Shown here piece after piece: positions 49,405 through 59,731 of a stretch of DNA of 64,000 nucleotides. Source of the DNA: a virus; the IMG/VR virus record IMGVR_UViG_3300021512_000003, positions 1-64,000 of that record, one strand, 5' to 3'. The position numbers and the translations under genes are program-made. Position 1 is the stretch's first letter, and every line of letters starts with the position of its first letter. A model generated the notes under the pieces. The model worked only from the letters and a program-made list of their open reading frames with translations, made no database searches and was not told the origin of the DNA.

Positions 49405-49779
49405 TCAGTACTGCTCTCTCATTTGCTGTCGAAGTTGCACAATTTCATTCTTCAGCTTCTCATTTTCCTCCACCAAATCTTGATTCAAGTCTTTAACTAC
49501 CTCATCCTTATGGTTGGAGTAAATAGCTTGGCGCAACTCCTTGTAATCATACGTGTGGTTAGCCCTCCCCCCACGGTATCCTTTAAATCCATCCATCAAG
49601 GCGTTTCGGTAATTTGTCCAGTGATCAGAGTCAACGTAATAACTGACATCAGTATATAAATCGCCCAATACCTCATTCATCAAAGCTACAAGTTTGGGTT
49701 TAAAGCTGTCCATTATTTTCTGTGCTTCTTCTTTCCCTTGCTCTGTAAGTTCTGGGTATAAAGGATAATCTTCACTCAT
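49405..49779 (-). CDS. Cassette-borne phage hypothetical protein
   Basis: GGGAG RBS; 124 aa; fills cassette. Confidence 0.75.
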   Translation of the reverse strand: MSEDYPLYPELTEQGKEEAQKIMDSFKPKLVALMNEVLGDLYTDVSYYVDSDHWTNYRNALMDGFKGYRGGRANHTYDYKELRQAIYSNHKDEVVKDLNQDLVEENEKLKNEIVQLRQQMREQY

Positions 49780-49802
49780 TTTAATCTCTCCCGTTTAATC
49801 GC

Positions 49803-49866
49803 ACATAACAAAGCACTGAAAAATCGGACTGGCAGAAGAGCCAGCCACTTACAATAGGCGCTATAC
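49803..49866 (+). other. Degenerate terminal attC-like site
   Basis: ACATAACaaagcactg...ctggc-agaaga-gccag...ggcGCTATAC; R' GTT changed to GCT. Confidence 0.65.
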
Positions 49867-50657
49867 AGCCGCCTGTTACTAACACTTATGTATTTGACGG
49901 TTCAACTTCTTCGCTAAACTGTAACCCGTATGTAGCACATTCTGTGCAAATTTCAGTTTGAATGTACTCACCTTCTCGGTCGTTAGTTGTGTTCAGCCCA
50001 TATCTGCTTACCCTAAAAACTGAGTCGCAGTTGATGCACTTTGCTATATAAGCTCTTTTGTGCTTATTACTATGCCTAATTAACTCCACTATCAAAACCT
50101 CTACTGGTAATATAACAACGGGCTGTTTTGTCTCTCACTTCATACCCCTCACATAACAAAGCGGCTCTTAGCATCTTGATAGTGTCTTTAATCCTCCTGA
50201 TAGAGGGGAGCTTCCTGTATTGTGTAAATTTGTGAACCTCTCCAACAGACTCGTATATCCAACCATCACATCTAATTTTAAAACAATCACCAACCTTTAT
50301 ACATTGTACCACAAGGTCTGGCTTTTGTGTTATGTGTTTTCTTGCTTTCTTCTTCAGAGTCACCACCGTCAAGAAACATGTTATCGTAGTGTTGATGAGG
50401 TAAAACAACCACAGAATCACAGGCATTACAGACACCAACCAGTCTTACAAGTCCAGAGCCATCACTAAAAGGTGTATTTCTTAATTGAAATGTTACATTT
50501 TGAAATGACTTGCAAGGACTACAAGCTGCTCTTTTAGTGTCTCCAACCTTCAATGTTTGCTGCATATCTTTGTTGTTAAAACTCAAACCCACCCCTCTAC
50601 TTGTACCATTGTTGTTTGACGTATCTTCATAAAACAAGAGTATAGCACACTTAAAAA

Positions 50658-53168
50658 TTAATGACAATCCTTCCAGCTTCCTCCAATAACGTATCCTGCT
50701 GTTAGTGGTACGTTTAGATTAAAATGCTTCCCAGCCTCATTTACAGATTGTGCTGCAAGCTCTCCTGTTGGAGAATAAGCAATATAGTAATCATCTTTCT
50801 TCCCTTTTTTTATGTCACTCCACATAATACCACCTTTCTCCTCTATTGTCTTGAAATTAATTGCTTCTTTTTCTGTAGGAAATGTCCTTATGTCTACTAA
50901 TTCTTTACTTACACTATTCTGCCCTTCATCGTGATAAGCAATAGACTGCATGGAACACTTCTTCTTTGTTACATCCTCTTTAAATGGATTACCAGAGTAG
51001 CCTAGTGCTTTATATTTCCTGTCTAGCCACACCATAGCCCACTTCATGCAGATAACACCTGCTGACTGGAACTTCACATTCAAAAGTGAGTGTTGACTCC
51101 TCGTAGGTAGTTGTCTACCATCTATTGCTGTAAGGAATTTCTTATTATTTGTACTCCACTCTGATTCAACTTGTTGTTTGTATATCGCAAGAGGTAGTGC
51201 ATCTTCCCAGAAACTCTCGACCTCTTTCTTCCCTTTTGCCAAGCTCCAGTTCATTTGCTTTGCAGCCCCTGCTGCTGAAGAGCCGTAAGTTAGTGAGTAT
51301 TTTAATGTCTTACTGTCATCTCTACTAATACCTTTACTCTCTGCTCTTCTCGAATGAAGGTCCTGTGGCTTCTTAGCTATGAGGGATGTACAATATGGGT
51401 GGCCTTCTGTATCACAGTTCCAAACGTAGTGCCCCTCTATCCTAGCCTCTAGACCATCAGCATCGTACCCCTCTAAGAAAGCGTACCTTGGGTCTGCCAT
51501 GAAGAGTGCTCTCATGTGTTCTCCGTACAGACTACTGCTTCGAGGTACGTTAGCTACCCCCTTATGCTGGAATCTTGAGGTAGCACAACCACAGGGGTCT
51601 GCTGGGGTGGGTATGCGTCCGTCTATGGCTAACCTGCCATGTGAGAGCCACCCTGTAATCCTCTTCTTCTTTTCACTGGCAGGGGAGTAGATAGAGTTCT
51701 TCCTGTGTCTGTATGTAAGCCACTCTACGATGTGCTTTACATACCACACTTTCCTACCTAGCCTTACGAGGTTATCACACAACTCTTTGTCTGCATTCTT
51801 AGTGAAGACAGGGAGGCCAACAACCTTTAATGGTTTGTTGAGTTTATGCTTCAGAAGCTTCTCTCTAAGGCCACTAGGTCTCACTCTCAAATTAGCACAC
51901 CTCTCTTTCTCGAAAGGTGTACCTATTGTGGCCTCAATATACCTATCTACAGCAGCTTCAAACTTCTCTTGTGTCAGCTTCTTCTTCTTACTATCCAGTG
52001 TTAGGTCTTTGTCTTTCCAGTTCAGAGGGTTCCACCCCAGTGTTATTAGGTATGCCTTAATGTCTTCTTGGTGAGACAGTAGCATTGGCTCTGTAGTAAC
52101 AAGAGACTCTCCCTCTGGTAAGGGGAGATCCCACATCTTATTAAAGATCTCAACCTTTCTTGGAAGGATAAGGGTTTTCTTTACTCTCTTGCCTACCTCT
52201 CTTTCTTCGTGAGCTACAACCCTACCTCCGTGCTTTTCTAAGAATTTAGCTAGATTAGCAGACATAGTACCGTCCCCAACAAATTGTCCTTTTGGAGGTA
52301 TGAACTTTTTAGCTTCTGTCTTCCCTATCTTTTTTGGTGGTAGGAGGTGTTCTACATCTTGCTCTATCTTATCCATTTTCTGTGTAAGATCTTTTACGCA
52401 CCACTCAGCAAGCTTAATATTGAACTTAAAGCCGAAGTGTTCTTGTCTTGTTATAACCTCTGCTACAGCCTTCTCTAACTTGTAAGCCTCACCCCAAGAC
52501 CACGTACCCCACTCCTTCTGGAGCATCTTGTACACTGCTAGGTTAGCTATACAGTCTTGGATGTTGTAGTAGAGCATGTCTGCACCAAACCACGTAAACC
52601 TGTCCTCGTCCCACTCTTTTCCATGTCTGAACTCAACCTTAAAAGAGCCTGCTGCTTGAGACATCTTTGCAAGGGAATGTCCACACCACCTATCTGGGTT
52701 TAACACTTTAGACATAACAAGTGTGTCGTGAATGTATACGTCTTTACCACCTACCGTGTCAGACTCTTCTTTATTGAAGCCAACAGTGTATGGTTGGTCA
52801 TAAAGTAGGTCCATTAAGAGAAGGTCGTAGTTAATAATGTTATGACCTATAAGCATCTTTGCCTCGTCTTTGATGAAGGCAGGCACCTCGCTTAGTGGGT
52901 AGTGTGTGTATTCATACTGTGTGTAGTGCTCTAGTGGCACAGTGAGTCCATTCGGGTATGTTGTGGTGTGAGATCTACCGTCAAACAGTATCTTGTCACC
53001 ATCACAAAATGCAAACAACTCAGAAGTGGTTGTGTCAAGAAATACAAAGCAATGTGCCTTAAAAGAGGGAAGAAGCTTATATGGCATTTTGCTGTAGTCA
53101 ATAGACTCATAATTGAGTAGGTTATTAGCTTCTGCATCAAATATTAACTTCCTTCCTGACATATTCAT
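50658..53168 (-). CDS. polA: Family A DNA polymerase with 3'-5' exonuclease (T7-like)
   Basis: DAE exo I, GHNIINYD, DADGLEAR motif A, RDDSKTLKYSLTYG motif B (Tyr at the 762 position), YHDE motif C. Confidence 0.93.
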   Translation of the reverse strand: MNMSGRKLIFDAEANNLLNYESIDYSKMPYKLLPSFKAHCFVFLDTTTSELFAFCDGDKILFDGRSHTTTYPNGLTVPLEHYTQYEYTHYPLSEVPAFIKDEAKMLIGHNIINYDLLLMDLLYDQPYTVGFNKEESDTVGGKDVYIHDTLVMSKVLNPDRWCGHSLAKMSQAAGSFKVEFRHGKEWDEDRFTWFGADMLYYNIQDCIANLAVYKMLQKEWGTWSWGEAYKLEKAVAEVITRQEHFGFKFNIKLAEWCVKDLTQKMDKIEQDVEHLLPPKKIGKTEAKKFIPPKGQFVGDGTMSANLAKFLEKHGGRVVAHEEREVGKRVKKTLILPRKVEIFNKMWDLPLPEGESLVTTEPMLLSHQEDIKAYLITLGWNPLNWKDKDLTLDSKKKKLTQEKFEAAVDRYIEATIGTPFEKERCANLRVRPSGLREKLLKHKLNKPLKVVGLPVFTKNADKELCDNLVRLGRKVWYVKHIVEWLTYRHRKNSIYSPASEKKKRITGWLSHGRLAIDGRIPTPADPCGCATSRFQHKGVANVPRSSSLYGEHMRALFMADPRYAFLEGYDADGLEARIEGHYVWNCDTEGHPYCTSLIAKKPQDLHSRRAESKGISRDDSKTLKYSLTYGSSAAGAAKQMNWSLAKGKKEVESFWEDALPLAIYKQQVESEWSTNNKKFLTAIDGRQLPTRSQHSLLNVKFQSAGVICMKWAMVWLDRKYKALGYSGNPFKEDVTKKKCSMQSIAYHDEGQNSVSKELVDIRTFPTEKEAINFKTIEEKGGIMWSDIKKGKKDDYYIAYSPTGELAAQSVNEAGKHFNLNVPLTAGYVIGGSWKDCH

Positions 53169-53218
53169 AACCTATAGTTAAAGTAACAAGCTCCTGCACT
53201 GTTTTGCAACTTGTGCAT

Positions 53219-53560
53219 TTAGTCGTGCTTTGCCTCTTCCAAGTTAGCCAAGGCTGCTGCCAACTCATCTTCAAAGTAATGCTTACCTCCAATCAACACT
53301 GTACTTCGCAAGTCTTCTCCACACAACCACCCTATGTCAATGTCTGCACCAATGTCTTCACTAAAGACAACTCCACTGTTACTAGAAAGGATTTTTCCAG
53401 TAACACCTGTAAATAAAAAACATTTATCCGTATGACGGAAACGCTTACCACCCATAGACCACCTATACCCAAGGACAAATAAGCGCTCTTGTATAACCTT
53501 ACTCACTTCCTTGTCGTAACCAATGTTAAACTTCATATTTTTAAATTCAAACATATACAC
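53219..53560 (-). CDS. Conserved phage hypothetical protein
   Basis: FKNMKF...IQERLFVLGYRW motif. Confidence 0.7.
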   Translation of the reverse strand: MYMFEFKNMKFNIGYDKEVSKVIQERLFVLGYRWSMGGKRFRHTDKCFLFTGVTGKILSSNSGVVFSEDIGADIDIGWLCGEDLRSTVLIGGKHYFEDELAAALANLEEAKHD

Positions 53561-53861
53561 CTCTTATTTTATGTGATCTGTTGTACTGTGGGTACAAGCA
53601 TAGCATACAGTACTGTGCGACACAAGTACGTTCCTTTTTCCTTACCTTTGGTAACCCGTTGTGCCATCTCTTAACTCTCTTATTAACCTGATAGCTTTAT
53701 TTAACTTTAGGAAGACATCGGCAGCTACCTCTACATCGCACAACAAGTAGATAGATTGCTGCGTCTCCCTTAGCTCTGCAATAAAATCATCTATCTCATT
53801 TTGTTGTTTTGTCATCACACTGCCTCTTGTTAAGTGTTAGTTGGTTTCACTCTAACCGGTG

Positions 53862-54623
53862 TTAAGCATACTGACTAATTCCCTCTTCACACCACACATC
53901 ACTCGACCCATCAAGACTAGCATGAGCAACCTTGTCAATAAAACTGTACTCCTCCTCACCCTGAAACTCTGAGACAAACTTGTACTTTCTTATAGCCATA
54001 TACTTTGCTTCGTTCTTCATCATTGTAAAAAGTAGACCTTCCGATGTGTCTTCATTCTCAATGAAGCCTAAAGGTACTCTCTGAATAAACTTTGTGGCAG
54101 CAAGCCAGTACGCTTCACTTACCTCTACCTCAGACAGATTAAACCTTCTAGTAACCATGTGCGGCATAGACAGTGCCCATCTTCCAATTTCTTTTTCTAA
54201 AGGGGTTTTATTTAATAGACAATGCTGGTAACAGGCTTTCCCTAGAACACTCTTGAACTTACTGTAGTGCTGTAATGTCCTGTGATCAGCTACAGTGTTA
54301 AAATCATACAGCCCCGCCAAATTCTCAGCCCGACAGTTCAGCGTATCCTTATCTCTAAAAACTATCTTACTGCAATCTGAGTCAGGTAGGAAGTGTTTTG
54401 CAACAAGAGTGTGTACGAACACATTAAACACTCTCCCTTGTGTTGTTTTGCGGCTTAAAAACACCCTAAGCCTTGGGCTAGAGTTCTTGCGCCTTTTGCT
54501 TATATAAGGTTTCAACACCTTCTCTCCAAACTTCTTTGTCCAACTCATAACTCTACCAAGACTGCTGATATAGGCGTTATCTATTCCGTTAATAGCTTTC
54601 CACTCTTCACTACTCATAGTCAC
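53862..54623 (-). CDS. Free-standing NUMOD4-HNH homing endonuclease (HNH degenerate)
   Basis: EEWKAI...YISSLGRV; VHTLVAKHF...FRDKDTLNCRAENL. Confidence 0.7.
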   Translation of the reverse strand: MTMSSEEWKAINGIDNAYISSLGRVMSWTKKFGEKVLKPYISKRRKNSSPRLRVFLSRKTTQGRVFNVFVHTLVAKHFLPDSDCSKIVFRDKDTLNCRAENLAGLYDFNTVADHRTLQHYSKFKSVLGKACYQHCLLNKTPLEKEIGRWALSMPHMVTRRFNLSEVEVSEAYWLAATKFIQRVPLGFIENEDTSEGLLFTMMKNEAKYMAIRKYKFVSEFQGEEEYSFIDKVAHASLDGSSDVWCEEGISQYA

Positions 54624-54632
54624 CTCTTACAA

Positions 54633-57143
54633 TTAAAACTCTGGTCTACACCCTTCACCATCACTCTCTTGTGCAGATGTATGCTTGTTCCTTGCTTCCC
54701 ACTCTTGTATTGTATCACAATGTACGTCCTCAAGGAAGCCCTCTGGTGGTTCTATAAAGTCTCCTGTTGAGTTATCGTAGAACAAAGGAACCTTCCCAGT
54801 ACGCCCATACTTCCTGTCGTCAAGGACTACCAAAGAACGTGTGTTCTTTTCTTTAGTGGTTTGGTCTGGGTCTTTATTCCCCTCTAAGCCAATCATGTAG
54901 TGACAACACAAATATGTTCAAGGAGGTTCGCTACTACCTCCCCCGCACCACCTCTTAGGTGCTGCTGCTCTAGCTTTCACTAGAAGTTCAGACTATATCA
55001 CCATCTCCTTATAAGAGATGCCTTCCATTTCCACCACCAATAGCTTGTGGTGTACGAGCTTACGCTCTAGTCGTTGAGGTTTACTAACTTCTTTGTAGTA
55101 CCCCTAGCCTTGTACCAAGCATCACCTGAGCAATACAGTGAGTTGGTTACAGCATGTTGTACGTTTTCTTGTTGGGATACTACCTCAAGATTACTTAAAG
55201 AGTTATTTACTGTGTTACCATCTATATGGTTTACAACTTCATTTTTATTAAGTTGTCTACCTATATGTACTGAAGCAATTAACCTATGTAGCATATAAAG
55301 CTTATCTTTTAGCCTTACACGCATATAGGGGTTTTTACTTCTTCCCCAGTGCTTGTAAGGTTTTAACCTCTTAATTTGAGGTTTTCTTGCTATACTATAT
55401 ATGTTACCTTTTAAGTCTACAAAGTATTTATCCATTTCTGGTACTTGCAGTAAATCTTGTTTTGTTAGTCTTACCTGCTGATTGCCCATTGTAACATCCT
55501 TTTATTGTTCATCATTGTATCACACATAACTACCAAGCTCTACAACTATAAAAAGGCTTTAGGGGTTTCCAGCAATTAAAAAGGTTTGCAAAGAGAGTCA
55601 CCTCTCTAGGGCGCTATTGTTAACGCATCATAGACCTACTACCAGTGAACTGAGAACTATAAACCTTCCCTCCAAACTCATGTGGCTGGCCTTTATCTGG
55701 TGCTTTAAGATGACAGAAGCAATAATAAGTAAAACCTAAATCTATACTCATCTTACTAATCTCATCAGCAAACCTATCAAGCTCCGTGTTTGCCTCGGAG
55801 GGAGTCATCCCTGTTGTAAGCCTGGTTATCGGGTCAATAATGATGTCTTCGCAATGCTCAATAAGAACTGCATGACGTATAGCCCCTTTCAGCTCATCCC
55901 AACTACACCTACCATAGTTATTATACAGGCAAAGACGTGGGCCTGTCTTGTCCGAGGCTGCTATTAAGTCTTCTTGAGTGAAGTAGTTTGACCTGTCAAC
56001 AGGAGGGGCTTTCTCTTGGAACTCACCACAATCATCAACATAGAGGACAACCTCCTCTCCTTTCTCATTAAAGAAGATAGCCTTCTCTGGATTAGTGAAG
56101 TCCTTCTTAGACTCCTTACCAGCTACACGGTGAATCGTCTCCGTTGTCGGTTCCTCGAATTTAAACACAGCAACCTTCTGAGGCTTACCTAGTGAGTTCT
56201 TATCTCGCGCCAATATGTGACTAATTAGTTTATCTGCTAGACAACTCTTGCCCTGCTTCACACCTGCCCCAAAGTAATACCCCTCCCCCAACCTACGTCC
56301 TAATGTAAGTCTTGTTAAAGACCTCCAAGGCCACGTCTTACCTACCACAGGTAACTTATGTGTCTCCTCTCTAATCTCCTCGTAGAGAGTAAAACCTTCT
56401 GGTGTGTACTGGGAAGGCTTCATCAGCATCCAGTAAAGAGCTGTACTCCCCTCTTTCAAGTAGACATCACAAGGGTCACTATCTTCTGGTAGTTTTGCCA
56501 CAAGCATATCTGGGAATAGTCCATATACGTCAGCAGTGGCCTCATTGCCTCTCTTTATCTTCTTTAGTCTCTCTTGTGGTGTTGCACTATCGTTATCAAA
56601 AGCAAACACCTTCTCACTAAATTTATTCAGGTAACGTGTATTTGCTTTCTGTCCTAAGTTCTGAACAGCGTTAGCTGTCCCACAACCAATACTTAGTGTG
56701 GTGGGATTACCTTTACCTTTGTAACCTTCCTTTAGGCATTGCCACATAAGCATACAATCTATCTCACCCTCACTAACAAATACTTTCTTCCCCCCAGTCT
56801 TATTACCAGATACCAGCCCAAACAAATCGCACTTAACACCGTGATACCCTATAGAGGTGAAGTGGAAGTTACCTTGCTTTGGCTTAGTCAAGTCTCGCTT
56901 CTTATAACCTACAATCCTATCTTCTATTGTGTAGGGGAAGTAGTGAGCTATAGGTGTACGGCCATCACTACTGCTAAGCTCAGTTCTAACACCAAAATGC
57001 TCTGCTGTCTTTTGTGTGATCTTCCTTTCTTCTATAGGAAGGATAGGAAAGGTGAGTACGTCTGCTAACGTCTGCTCCTTCACTCTCCCATAGCTTACTC
57101 CTGCTGTAGCTTTATTCATCTTCTCTCCTGTTTGGTATGTCAT
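54633..57143 (-). CDS. DNA primase-helicase (T7 gp4-like), spliced (exons 57143-55623 and 54908-54633)
   Basis: TOPRIM EGEID and FDND; Walker A GAGVKQGKS; IIIDP; splicing gives GSRSMMR-CCHYMIGLEGNKD. Confidence 0.9.
54909..55622 (-). mobile_element. Group I intron in primase-helicase
   Basis: P1 GCGU|U pairs with AGCGC; AATTGCTGGAAAC (P), GGCAATCAGCAG (Q), CAACGACTA (R), GATATAGTCT (S); terminal G. Confidence 0.92.
55067..55489 (-). CDS. Intron-encoded HNH homing endonuclease
   Basis: LHRLIA...VNHIDGNTVNNSLSNLE...ENVQHA. Confidence 0.9.
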   Translation of the reverse strand: MGNQQVRLTKQDLLQVPEMDKYFVDLKGNIYSIARKPQIKRLKPYKHWGRSKNPYMRVRLKDKLYMLHRLIASVHIGRQLNKNEVVNHIDGNTVNNSLSNLEVVSQQENVQHAVTNSLYCSGDAWYKARGTTKKLVNLND

Positions 57144-57315
57144 AGTCTCACCTATCCATTAAAGCCTTTTAATTATCTGGTGTGTGTATACATAGTTAAT
57201 ACCTTATCGTTAATACCTCATCTTTTTATAATGTACATACTAAGACGTTCTCTAAAACCGTACAGTATTCTTGTTCCTCTGTTAGCCTTACCACAGGCTT
57301 ACTACTACTGGTTTG

Positions 57316-57371
57316 TAAGTGCTTGATTTTACTCCTACGACCTTGCGTAGTCTGTATAGTCCAGTGTTATA
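57316..57371 (+). other. Array leader / candidate attI-like site, copy 3, with IHF consensus
   Basis: 57323-57371 identical to 4825-4873; IHF match AATCAAGCACTTA on - strand (57316-57328); G|TT at 57366. Confidence 0.65.
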
Positions 57372-57374
57372 AAC

Positions 57375-57575
57375 CTAATCATTGTTAGGTTTTGGCTTAA
57401 AGTCACCATCAGCATCGCAATGCTCAGGTGGCCACCCATGCTTTCTAATATTCATCGCTCTAAGCGGATACTTTATTAAATACCTATAGAGCGTCTCAAG
57501 CATTAACCCAATACCCACAATAATAAAAAATGTAAGAACTGGACTGTCGCTCATAAATTCATAAATTGTTGTCAT
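57375..57575 (-). CDS. Small membrane protein (cassette)
   Basis: TM helix; RKHGWPPEHCDADGD. Confidence 0.7.
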   Translation of the reverse strand: MTTIYEFMSDSPVLTFFIIVGIGLMLETLYRYLIKYPLRAMNIRKHGWPPEHCDADGDFKPKPNND

Positions 57576-57597
57576 ATCTATGGCCTGTTAAGTCGGT

Positions 57598-57669
57598 TTA
57601 TAACAAAGCAGTCAAGCTGACAGTCTCTACGCTGCGCTTCGTTCCTGCCGCTTACTTATTGCGTTATGT
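57598..57669 (+). other. attC-like recombination site
   Basis: TTATAACaaagcagtcaagctgac...gccgcttacttattgcGTTATGT. Confidence 0.85.
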
Positions 57670-58356
57670 TGCACTAATTCTATCTTGTGCAATCTTAAAG
57701 TATTCTTCATCTAGCTCAATGCCAATAAACTTACGACCAAGGTTTTTACAAGCTACGCCTGTGCTACCGCTACCTAAAAACGGGTCGAGTATTGTTGCAC
57801 CTTTATCACTAAACTTTATCAATAGGTATTCCAATAAATCAACTGGCTTTTGTGTTGGGTGTAATTTATTGCCAGTTCTATTGAACTTTAAAATATTAGG
57901 ATCACGCTTACCGTTTATAAGTCTACGTCCTTTCTGTATAAAAATAATCATTTCATACTTTGGTGCAAAGTCGGCTTTTAAATCACCCATACTAGTGTTG
58001 TTCTTTTCCCATATAAGTATATTCTTTATTTTAAATTTTTGCTCTAGTGCTTGCTTGAATTTATCAATATTATGAAAGCTACAAAAAACATAATGCGCCG
58101 TATTGTCCGCAGCAACTCTAAATAATTCATCAATCCAAACATCAAGCCATCTTAAGTCTTTATCGTTTTTTATCTTACTGTATTTCTCAATCCTATAGTT
58201 ACTCTGAAACTCCATACCATATGGCGGGTCGGTCAATATCATATCAACTGAACCATCAGGTATTTCTTTCATTCTTTCTAAGCAGTCTCCTTGCATCAAC
58301 CAAGGATTTAGATCTTCTTTTTCTATATCTGCTAGTCGTTCATTTTTGTAGTGCAT
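57664..58356 (-). CDS. Orphan N6-adenine/N4-cytosine DNA methyltransferase, beta class (cassette)
   Basis: TDPPY, HPTQKP, DPFLGSGST, GIELD; stop lies in R'. Confidence 0.92.
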   Translation of the reverse strand: MHYKNERLADIEKEDLNPWLMQGDCLERMKEIPDGSVDMILTDPPYGMEFQSNYRIEKYSKIKNDKDLRWLDVWIDELFRVAADNTAHYVFCSFHNIDKFKQALEQKFKIKNILIWEKNNTSMGDLKADFAPKYEMIIFIQKGRRLINGKRDPNILKFNRTGNKLHPTQKPVDLLEYLLIKFSDKGATILDPFLGSGSTGVACKNLGRKFIGIELDEEYFKIAQDRISAT

Positions 58357-58381
58357 TTTAATCTTTCCTTTAGTTCGTGCA

Positions 58382-58457
58382 ATATAACAACAATTTCAAA
58401 AAGACACGTACAGTTTGTTCCAAACGTGCCCTTAGCATTTTAAATTAAGGGTTATGT
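58382..58457 (+). other. attC-like recombination site
   Basis: ATATAACaacaatttcaaaaagac...ttttaaattaaggGTTATGT. Confidence 0.8.
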
Positions 58458-58472
58458 TACTAAACCAAGCGT

Positions 58473-58862
58473 TTACCAACTACATAAATCATGCTGTTTA
58501 TTTAGAGAGTGCATCTCTACATCTTCGCACGTCTCAATATCAAACATTCCAATATGGCAATCACTTGGCTCAATATTTAAAGTCTCAGCTAGCCATTTGT
58601 ATGCTTCTTTTCTTTTCATATCTCCAAATTTCCATAATGGATCAAAGGCTCTATGCGCTGCGCTTTTTGCTTTTCTTAGCTCTTTATTTGCCAACCTACC
58701 TAATGGCTTTGTTGTTCCTTTGTGTGTACCAACGTAGGCATCACAACCAACACAAGAGTAAAAACTCAAGCTAAATAAATCCTTTCGGTGTGGGTAAACT
58801 TCCTTTCCTGTAACTGCCTTTGAGAATTGTTTGCAGTATGGGCATGTTGGTGTCAAATTCAT
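58473..58862 (-). CDS. Zn-finger protein (DUF3268-like; cassette)
   Basis: CPYC...CVGCDAYVGTH...PLGRLA...AHRAFDPLW...CHIGMFD. Confidence 0.8.
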   Translation of the reverse strand: MNLTPTCPYCKQFSKAVTGKEVYPHRKDLFSLSFYSCVGCDAYVGTHKGTTKPLGRLANKELRKAKSAAHRAFDPLWKFGDMKRKEAYKWLAETLNIEPSDCHIGMFDIETCEDVEMHSLNKQHDLCSW

Positions 58863-58888
58863 TCTATCAATCCTTTTTAGTGGTGGTA

Positions 58889-58961
58889 ACATAACAAGGT
58901 TTTCAAAGCGGACACATTACAGCGTACCGCTTTCATTTAGCCGTTTAAAACGAGGTTAGGT
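58889..58961 (+). other. attC-like recombination site
   Basis: ACATAACaaggttttcaaagcggac...gccgtttaaaacgagGTTAGGT. Confidence 0.85.
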
Positions 58962-58987
58962 TGCAAAAACAACATTTAAGTTGTCCA

Positions 58988-59185
58988 TTAAGTGACTGAA
59001 CGAATATCCAGACTTTTCATGCTTTTTATGTAAAGAACTCTCATACCAGTCGCCATCTCCATTGCAACCTTTAATTCTGCATTATTAGGCTCGAATCTTG
59101 AGTATAAGATAGTATAATCACCATTCAATTCAGGAGAACTCTTACTATTGAGTATAACTTTCTCGCCTGCTTTAAATTTAGCCAT
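58988..59185 (-). CDS. Small phage hypothetical protein (cassette)
   Basis: MAKFKAGEKVIL motif; RBS. Confidence 0.6.
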   Translation of the reverse strand: MAKFKAGEKVILNSKSSPELNGDYTILYSRFEPNNAELKVAMEMATGMRVLYIKSMKSLDIRSVT

Positions 59186-59211
59186 AGAATAACCCCTTTA
59201 ATTTAACAGCA

Positions 59212-59270
59212 GCCTAACAAGGCTGCTGTTTTGGAAGCGCTGAAGCGCTCCACAAAGCTTTACGTTATAT
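59212..59270 (+). other. attC-like recombination site
   Basis: GCCTAACaaggctgctgttttggaagcgctgaagcgctccacaaagctttacGTTATAT. Confidence 0.85.
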
Positions 59271-59497
59271 GTAATAAGTGTCCACACAAACTTCAGCATG
59301 AATGTGTATCTGGTCTTTTCCACATCTCTATCTAAACCATCTTAAACAGTCGTATACTTAAACCCCCTCACAACAAACCGGACACCCTTGTGAGGTTAAG
59401 CGGTAGCCCACCAAGGAGGAGGGCAAGCACTCAAACTTTACTTACGATTAACACTCAGTTCTGTGGTGGCAATAACTGACCAACCACAGGAAAGCAT

Positions 59498-59596
59498 ATG
59501 GACCCAATTAGCATCATCCTCACCCTTAAAGTCGCAACCCTATCCGTTGCGCTAGTTACTGAACTCGTCAAGCTGTATAAAGAACTTAGTAAGTAA
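59498..59596 (+). CDS. 32-aa hydrophobic peptide, candidate type I toxin (TisB/DinQ-like pattern)
   Basis: MDPISIILTLKVATLSVALVTELVKLYKELSK; RBS partly inside a hairpin; the only ORF I found with a clear RBS in this 533-bp cassette. Confidence 0.55.
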   Translation: MDPISIILTLKVATLSVALVTELVKLYKELSK

Positions 59597-59731
59597 CTAA
59601 CAATTAGAGTGCAGTACCAAAGATAATCTATAAAACGGTTTCAGAATCCAACTGAATAAAATGGAGTTTAAAATAAATCTTAAATCAGTAGCGTCTTATC
59701 CTCCTTGAGTTTGGCGCTCATTAAATATTAC

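Larger units (their letters stand above)
48850..49866 (+). mobile_element. Integron-like cassette array 3 (leader plus 2 cassettes)
   Basis: attC 49346-49403 and degenerate 49803-49866; ends GTTATAAATAAT/ATTATTTCTAAC and GTTATGTG/CACATAAC. Confidence 0.8.

Noticed and set aside
50076-50667. Overlapping ORFs after polA as a programmed frameshift or further cassette
   Set aside because: No attC or clear slippery site; 50287-50565 looks like a Zn-finger fragment but starts cannot be resolved
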